A stretch of 32,000 nucleotides of DNA from Cumulibacter soli. GTDB taxonomy: Bacteria; Actinomycetota; Actinomycetes; Mycobacteriales; Antricoccaceae. Positions 27,767-32,000 of this stretch are shown piece after piece. Each line of letters starts with the position of its first letter. Within the stretch, counting starts at the first letter, position 1. Where the stretch lies: contig NZ_SMSG01000006.1 of NCBI RefSeq assembly GCF_004382795.1, forward strand, positions 204,542-236,541, in the 5' to 3' direction. The position numbers and the translations under genes were made by a program. A model generated the notes under the pieces. The model was not told where the DNA came from. It ran no database searches and saw nothing but the letters and a program-made list of their open reading frames with translations.

Positions 27767-29059
27767 ATGACCACCGCCGACGACGAACACACCGAAGCCG
27801 ACATGAGGCCGATGCCGTCGGACGTCGAGCCCGCGTGGTACGGCGCGTACATCCGTCAGCCGCACACCAATATGTCCGGGAAGCACCGACAGTTGCTGAT
27901 GTTTCTGGCACTGGTGCTAGCCGGCATTGCGTTCCTGATTCTCGGCAGCGGATCGATTGCCATCACCGCGGTCATCGCCAGCGCCCTCGGGCTCACCTTC
28001 GGCGGGCTCGCGTACGCCACCTCCGGCGGGAAGCGGGTGGGGCTAAGCATCGGCCCGGATACGGTCTCCTTCGGTCGCGACGGCGAGATGCACCACTGGC
28101 GTCGTAGCGCCCTGAGATCGGTGCAGATCAATGACACCTACCGTGGCGGGCCAGTGTCACCTGCCATCGGCACGTATCTCGTGCAGGGGTACCGGTACTT
28201 GACGCTGCACCGAGTGGACGGCGTCGTCGCGCATGTGAGCTTGGACTCGGCTAATCCGTACGCGGACATCATCGAGGCTGCGTTGGTTGAGGGCGCGCCG
28301 CTACCGGAGCTCTCCCATCCGCCGGCACCGTCGGCGAAGTTCAGGAACACCAGCACCTGGCATAGCGCGGGTGCCGACGCGTCAGTGGAGCCGATGCCGT
28401 CGAATCCGCCCGTACCACCGACAATCTCGGCCAAGCCCGATGCGACAGGCGCCCCGACGGCAGACGGATCGCCTGGGGCGCACTCGGGACGCGCCGCGGC
28501 CGGTGTGCACACCGGTAACACCACCGGCATGAGCGGGCAGGCGCGCCCCGAACCGGAGGAGATTCTCTGGCGTCGGGCCCGCGAGCGGCACGACGCTGTC
28601 TTACTCGCGTACTCCCCGTACGAGGTGGACCCAGGCATGGTCATGCGGTTCCCCGCGATGACCGATGTGACCATCCCAGCGACGGCCGAGTTCATCGAGG
28701 CACTCAGCGATGCGTCCGCCTTTCGCACCGACGAGTTCCCCGACGGAAAGCTATCGGCGGCGTACCGCGACTCCATCAGCGCGCTGGAGATGGCGTGGAG
28801 TGCCGCAGAACGCCACGCTCGCAGCGTGGGTACCTCGTTGCTCGCCGATACCGACCGCAGGCGTCTGGACCAAGCCTACAAACTGTTGAAGCATGCCGAA
28901 GGTGCATCGACCGATGCGGAACGTGCGACCTACTTCCAGCAAGTCAAGACGCTGATGGATGATCTGGCGCGCAGCGGTGCGATCATGACGCCGCCGAAGG
29001 TGCGACAGGCGATTAGCACCAAGGTCCGTCTCGCCGTGGCCGCCGCAAACGATGCGTAG
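27767..29059 (+). CDS. uncharacterised protein with two TM segments, PH-like region and helical C-terminus
   Basis: LLMFLALVLAGIAFLILG and IAITAVIASALGLTFGGLAYATSG, then VGLSIGPDTVSFGRDGEMHHWRRSALRSVQINDTYRGG..., Pro/Gly-rich linker, helical C-terminal domain. Confidence 0.75.
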   Translation: MTTADDEHTEADMRPMPSDVEPAWYGAYIRQPHTNMSGKHRQLLMFLALVLAGIAFLILGSGSIAITAVIASALGLTFGGLAYATSGGKRVGLSIGPDTVSFGRDGEMHHWRRSALRSVQINDTYRGGPVSPAIGTYLVQGYRYLTLHRVDGVVAHVSLDSANPYADIIEAALVEGAPLPELSHPPAPSAKFRNTSTWHSAGADASVEPMPSNPPVPPTISAKPDATGAPTADGSPGAHSGRAAAGVHTGNTTGMSGQARPEPEEILWRRARERHDAVLLAYSPYEVDPGMVMRFPAMTDVTIPATAEFIEALSDASAFRTDEFPDGKLSAAYRDSISALEMAWSAAERHARSVGTSLLADTDRRRLDQAYKLLKHAEGASTDAERATYFQQVKTLMDDLARSGAIMTPPKVRQAISTKVRLAVAAANDA

Positions 29060-29172
29060 CGCCGCGGTTCAACCACCCGCGTGAATGCCTCTAAGCAGTC
29101 TGCGAAATAGGTCCGAGCGACGGTTTCTCGGCGCAGCGTCCGCGCCACGAATCACCGCTATAGAAGCGAAAA

Positions 29173-31002
29173 CTACTTTGACTTGCCGGCTGGCTCGTCG
29201 GTGGACAGTGCTGCGATGAAGGCCTCCTGGGGCACTTCCACCCGGCCCACCATCTTCATCCGCTTCTTGCCTTCCTTCTGCTTCTCCAGCAGTTTGCGCT
29301 TGCGGCTGATGTCGCCGCCGTAGCACTTCGCCAGCACGTCCTTGCGAATGGCGCGAATCGTCTCGCGCGCGATGATCCGCGAGCCCACGGCTGCCTGGAT
29401 CGGTACCTCGAATTGCTGGCGCGGAATCAACTCGCGCAGCTTCGCGGTCATCATCACGCCGTACGAGTACGCCTTGTCCTTATGCACGATCGCCGAGAAC
29501 GCATCCACTTGCTCGCCTTGTAGCAAAATGTCGACCTTCACCAGGTCGGTTGCCTGCACGCCGGACTCCTCGTAGTCAAGGGAGGCATAGCCGCGGGTAC
29601 GCGACTTCAGCGAGTCGAAGAAATCGAAGATGATCTCGGCTAGCGGCAGGTCGTAACGCAACTCGATCCGCGTCTCGGAGAGGTAGTCCATCCCCTTCAT
29701 GACACCGCGCCGTGACTGACACAGCTCCATAATTGCGCCGGTGAATTCTGCGGGCGCGATCAACGTGCATTTCACGACCGGTTCGCGCACTTCGGCGACC
29801 TTCCCGACCGGCCAATCGCTCGGATTGGTCACCACCGTCTCGGTGCCATCGTCCATGGTGACGTCATAGATAACGTTGGGCGCAGTCGAAATCAGCGCCA
29901 GGCCGAACTCGCGCTCCAGTCGTTCGCGCACGATTTCCAGGTGCAGCAGTCCTAGGAAGCCGCAGCGGAACCCGAACCCGAGCGCAGTGGAGTTTTCCGG
30001 CTCGTAAGTCAGCGCGGCGTCGTTGAGCCGTAACTTGTCGAGGGCGTCGCGCAGTAGCGGGTAATCCGATCCGTCGATCGGGAACAAGCCCGAATACACC
30101 ATGGGCTTGGGGTCGCGGTAGCCACCGATCGCGTCACTGGCTGGTGCAGCTTGAAGCGTGACCGTATCGCCGACGCGGGACTGACGAACGTCCTTCACGC
30201 CGGTAATCAGGTAACCGACTTCGCCGACCCCGAGCGACTTCACCGGCACCGGCTCGGGTGAGATCACCCCGAGTTCGAGCAGTTCGTGGGTCGCGTTCGT
30301 GGACATCATTTTGATCCGCTCGCGCGCGGAGATCCGTCCGTCGACCACGCGCACGTAGGTGATGACGCCACGGTAGATGTCGTAGACGGAATCGAAAATC
30401 ATCGCCCGGGCAGGGCCTCCCATCTGCCCGACCGGCGGTGGGATCTCCTCGACAATGCGATTGAGCAGTTCGGGCACGCCCACACCGGTCTTGCCCGAGA
30501 CCCGCAAGATCGAATCCGGTTCACAGCCGATGATCCCGGCGATCTCCTCGGCGTACAACTCGGGTTGCGCGGCGGGCAGATCGATCTTGTTCAGCACCGG
30601 GATGATCGTGAGGTCGTTCTCCATAGCCATGTACAGATTGGCCAGGGTTTGCGCCTCGATCCCTTGCGCCGCATCAACCAGCAGGATCGCGCCCTCGCAG
30701 GCTGCCAGCGACCGCGACACTTCGTAACTGAAATCGACGTGCCCGGGGGTGTCGATCATGTGCAGGGTGTAGCCACGCTCGTCCGTACCCGGCCACGGCA
30801 GCCGCACATTCTGCGATTTGATCGTGATGCCGCGCTCGCGCTCGATATCCATCCGGTCGAGGTACTGCGCACGCATCTGACGCTGTTCGATCACGCCGGT
30901 GACCTCGAGCATGCGGTCGGCCAGCGTCGACTTGCCGTGGTCGATGTGCGCAATGATGCAGAAGTTCCTGATCAGCGCGGGGTCAGTGTGCTCGGCGGTC
31001 AC
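29173..31002 (-). CDS. lepA: elongation factor 4 (LepA)
   Basis: GTG start 31002; [89 protein letters not shown]. Confidence 0.98.
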   Translation of the reverse strand: MTAEHTDPALIRNFCIIAHIDHGKSTLADRMLEVTGVIEQRQMRAQYLDRMDIERERGITIKSQNVRLPWPGTDERGYTLHMIDTPGHVDFSYEVSRSLAACEGAILLVDAAQGIEAQTLANLYMAMENDLTIIPVLNKIDLPAAQPELYAEEIAGIIGCEPDSILRVSGKTGVGVPELLNRIVEEIPPPVGQMGGPARAMIFDSVYDIYRGVITYVRVVDGRISARERIKMMSTNATHELLELGVISPEPVPVKSLGVGEVGYLITGVKDVRQSRVGDTVTLQAAPASDAIGGYRDPKPMVYSGLFPIDGSDYPLLRDALDKLRLNDAALTYEPENSTALGFGFRCGFLGLLHLEIVRERLEREFGLALISTAPNVIYDVTMDDGTETVVTNPSDWPVGKVAEVREPVVKCTLIAPAEFTGAIMELCQSRRGVMKGMDYLSETRIELRYDLPLAEIIFDFFDSLKSRTRGYASLDYEESGVQATDLVKVDILLQGEQVDAFSAIVHKDKAYSYGVMMTAKLRELIPRQQFEVPIQAAVGSRIIARETIRAIRKDVLAKCYGGDISRKRKLLEKQKEGKKRMKMVGRVEVPQEAFIAALSTDEPAGKSK

Positions 31003-31128
31003 ATGTTTCCTTCGATGGGGCGGTGCGGGACGCCGGCGATGCCCGGCGCACGCCGCGCGTGGCGCGACTCTAGCCATTCTGCCTTACCTTCACTCGAGCG
31101 GACTAATGTGGCGTGCGCCGCTGTCGTT

Positions 31129-31158
31129 TGTCTTCGCCTTGTGCCCCTTGGTACGCTG
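31129..31158 (+). promoter_or_regulatory. possible rpsT promoter
   Basis: TTGTCT (31129-31134) - 18 bp - TACGCT (31153-31158), 70 bp upstream of the rpsT start; hexamer match only. Confidence 0.35.
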
Positions 31159-31227
31159 TCTCTTTGTGTGCGCGACGACTCGCGCCCAGAACCAACCCGG
31201 CATCATCAATCTGAAGAAGGCACCTTC

Positions 31228-31500
31228 GTGGCGAACATCAAGTCCCAGATCAAGCGCGTCAAGACCAACGAGATCGCGCGTCAGCGCAACCAGGCCGTCA
31301 AGTCGGCACTGAAGACCTCGGTGCGCAGCTTCCGTGAGGCCGCTGCATCGGGCGACGTCGAGAAGGCGACCGCCGCGCTTCGTAAGGCTTCGCGTGACCT
31401 CGACAAGGCCACCAGCAAGGGCGTCATCCACCGCCGCCAGGCCGCCAACCGCAAGTCGGGCATGGCCAAGGCGCTCGAGGCCATGAAGGCCGCAGCCTAA
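31228..31500 (+). CDS. rpsT: 30S ribosomal protein S20
   Basis: GTG 31228: [90 protein letters not shown]. Confidence 0.97.
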   Translation: MANIKSQIKRVKTNEIARQRNQAVKSALKTSVRSFREAAASGDVEKATAALRKASRDLDKATSKGVIHRRQAANRKSGMAKALEAMKAAA

Positions 31501-31514
31501 CTCTCCGCTTCACT

Positions 31515-31555
31515 CGCGAAGCCGCACCCCTCGCCGGTTGGGGTGCGGCTTCGCG
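31515..31555 (+). terminator. rpsT transcription terminator hairpin
   Basis: CGCGAAGCCGCACCCC (31515-31530) - TCGCCGGTT - GGGGTGCGGCTTCGCG (31540-31555): 16-bp perfect stem, immediately after rpsT. Confidence 0.85.
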
Positions 31556-31708
31556 TCGTTGCCAGGCACCGCCCGGGCGTTCCCACACACCCCTGCTGAC
31601 GATGCGGCCTTTGTGTACGAGATCCGCCGGGCCACTGCCGCTAGATCCGCCGGGTACTGCGTCAGGTCCGCCGGGCACTGCGTCGGACGGCCCATCGGAG
31701 CGCGCGAC

Positions 31709-32000
31709 CTAGCGCACGGTGCGCGCCTCGGCGATGTCCAGTACTGCCTTCTCAATCGCGTATCGAGGATCAGCGGCCTGCCCCTTGACCTCGCCGTTGA
31801 GCCGAGCCGCGACGTTCATCGCGATCGTCAGCCCTGGGGCGCTCCAGCCTCCTGCGGTCTGCTGAATCTTGCGGATCTTCCATGCCGGCATCCCCAACCG
31901 AGAAGCCAAGGTATTCGGGTTCCCGCGACCGGCTGCGGCCACTTTCGCGACCGAACGTACCGATTCGGCGATCGCATCGGCAATCACCACCTCAGCGGTC
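31709..32000 (-). CDS. holA: DNA polymerase III subunit delta, C-terminal part (5' end beyond window)
   Basis: AAAGRGNPNTLASRLGMPAWKIRKIQQTAGGWSAPGLTIAMNVAARLNGEVKGQAADPRYAIEKAVLDIA resembles the HolA C-terminal domain; frame is open to the window edge; divergent from rpsT as in other actinobacteria. Confidence 0.85.
   Translation of the reverse strand, partial: TAEVVIADAIAESVRSVAKVAAAGRGNPNTLASRLGMPAWKIRKIQQTAGGWSAPGLTIAMNVAARLNGEVKGQAADPRYAIEKAVLDIAEARTVR

Noticed and set aside
30286-31227. Long plus-strand ORF 30286..31500 upstream of rpsT
   Set aside because: Entirely antisense to lepA before 31002; only the S20 portion from GTG 31228 is genuine.
31561-31708. Short GC-rich repeated words (CGGGCACTGCG / GCCGGGCCACTGCC, TCCGCCGG) downstream of rpsT
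   Set aside because: Degenerate and short; no clear mobile element or structured RNA signature beyond the rpsT terminator.

Overview
High-GC actinobacterial chromosomal window, densely packed and mostly core genes. Minus-strand order from the left edge: dnaG (partial), dgt, a YdcF/DUF218-type protein, dusB, a Pro/Gly-rich protein, glyS, a Gln/Pro-rich membrane-anchored protein and a small monooxygenase-like protein. These are followed by a plus-strand znuC-znuB-smtB zinc module, then a minus-strand block of uppS, recO, a membrane protein, era, a CorC-like CBS protein, ybeY, phoH, rsmE, dnaJ and hrcA, with a CIRCE operator upstream of hrcA. hemW follows. A compact operon then encodes zinc-independent ribosomal protein paralogs (L28, L33, S14, L31) plus a COG0523/CobW-like protein that lacks a Walker A motif and resembles the mycobacterial hibernation factor Mrf. 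The right part has a zinc-binding-domain-type dehydrogenase/reductase, an M20 amidohydrolase, a divergent pair of uncharacterised membrane proteins, lepA, rpsT and the 3' part of holA. I see no convincing mobile element, phage, CRISPR array, rRNA or tRNA. The most interesting content is the zinc-limitation operon with its degenerate G3E protein and a perfect 9-2-9 palindrome in its upstream region. The rest is largely conventional core genome.
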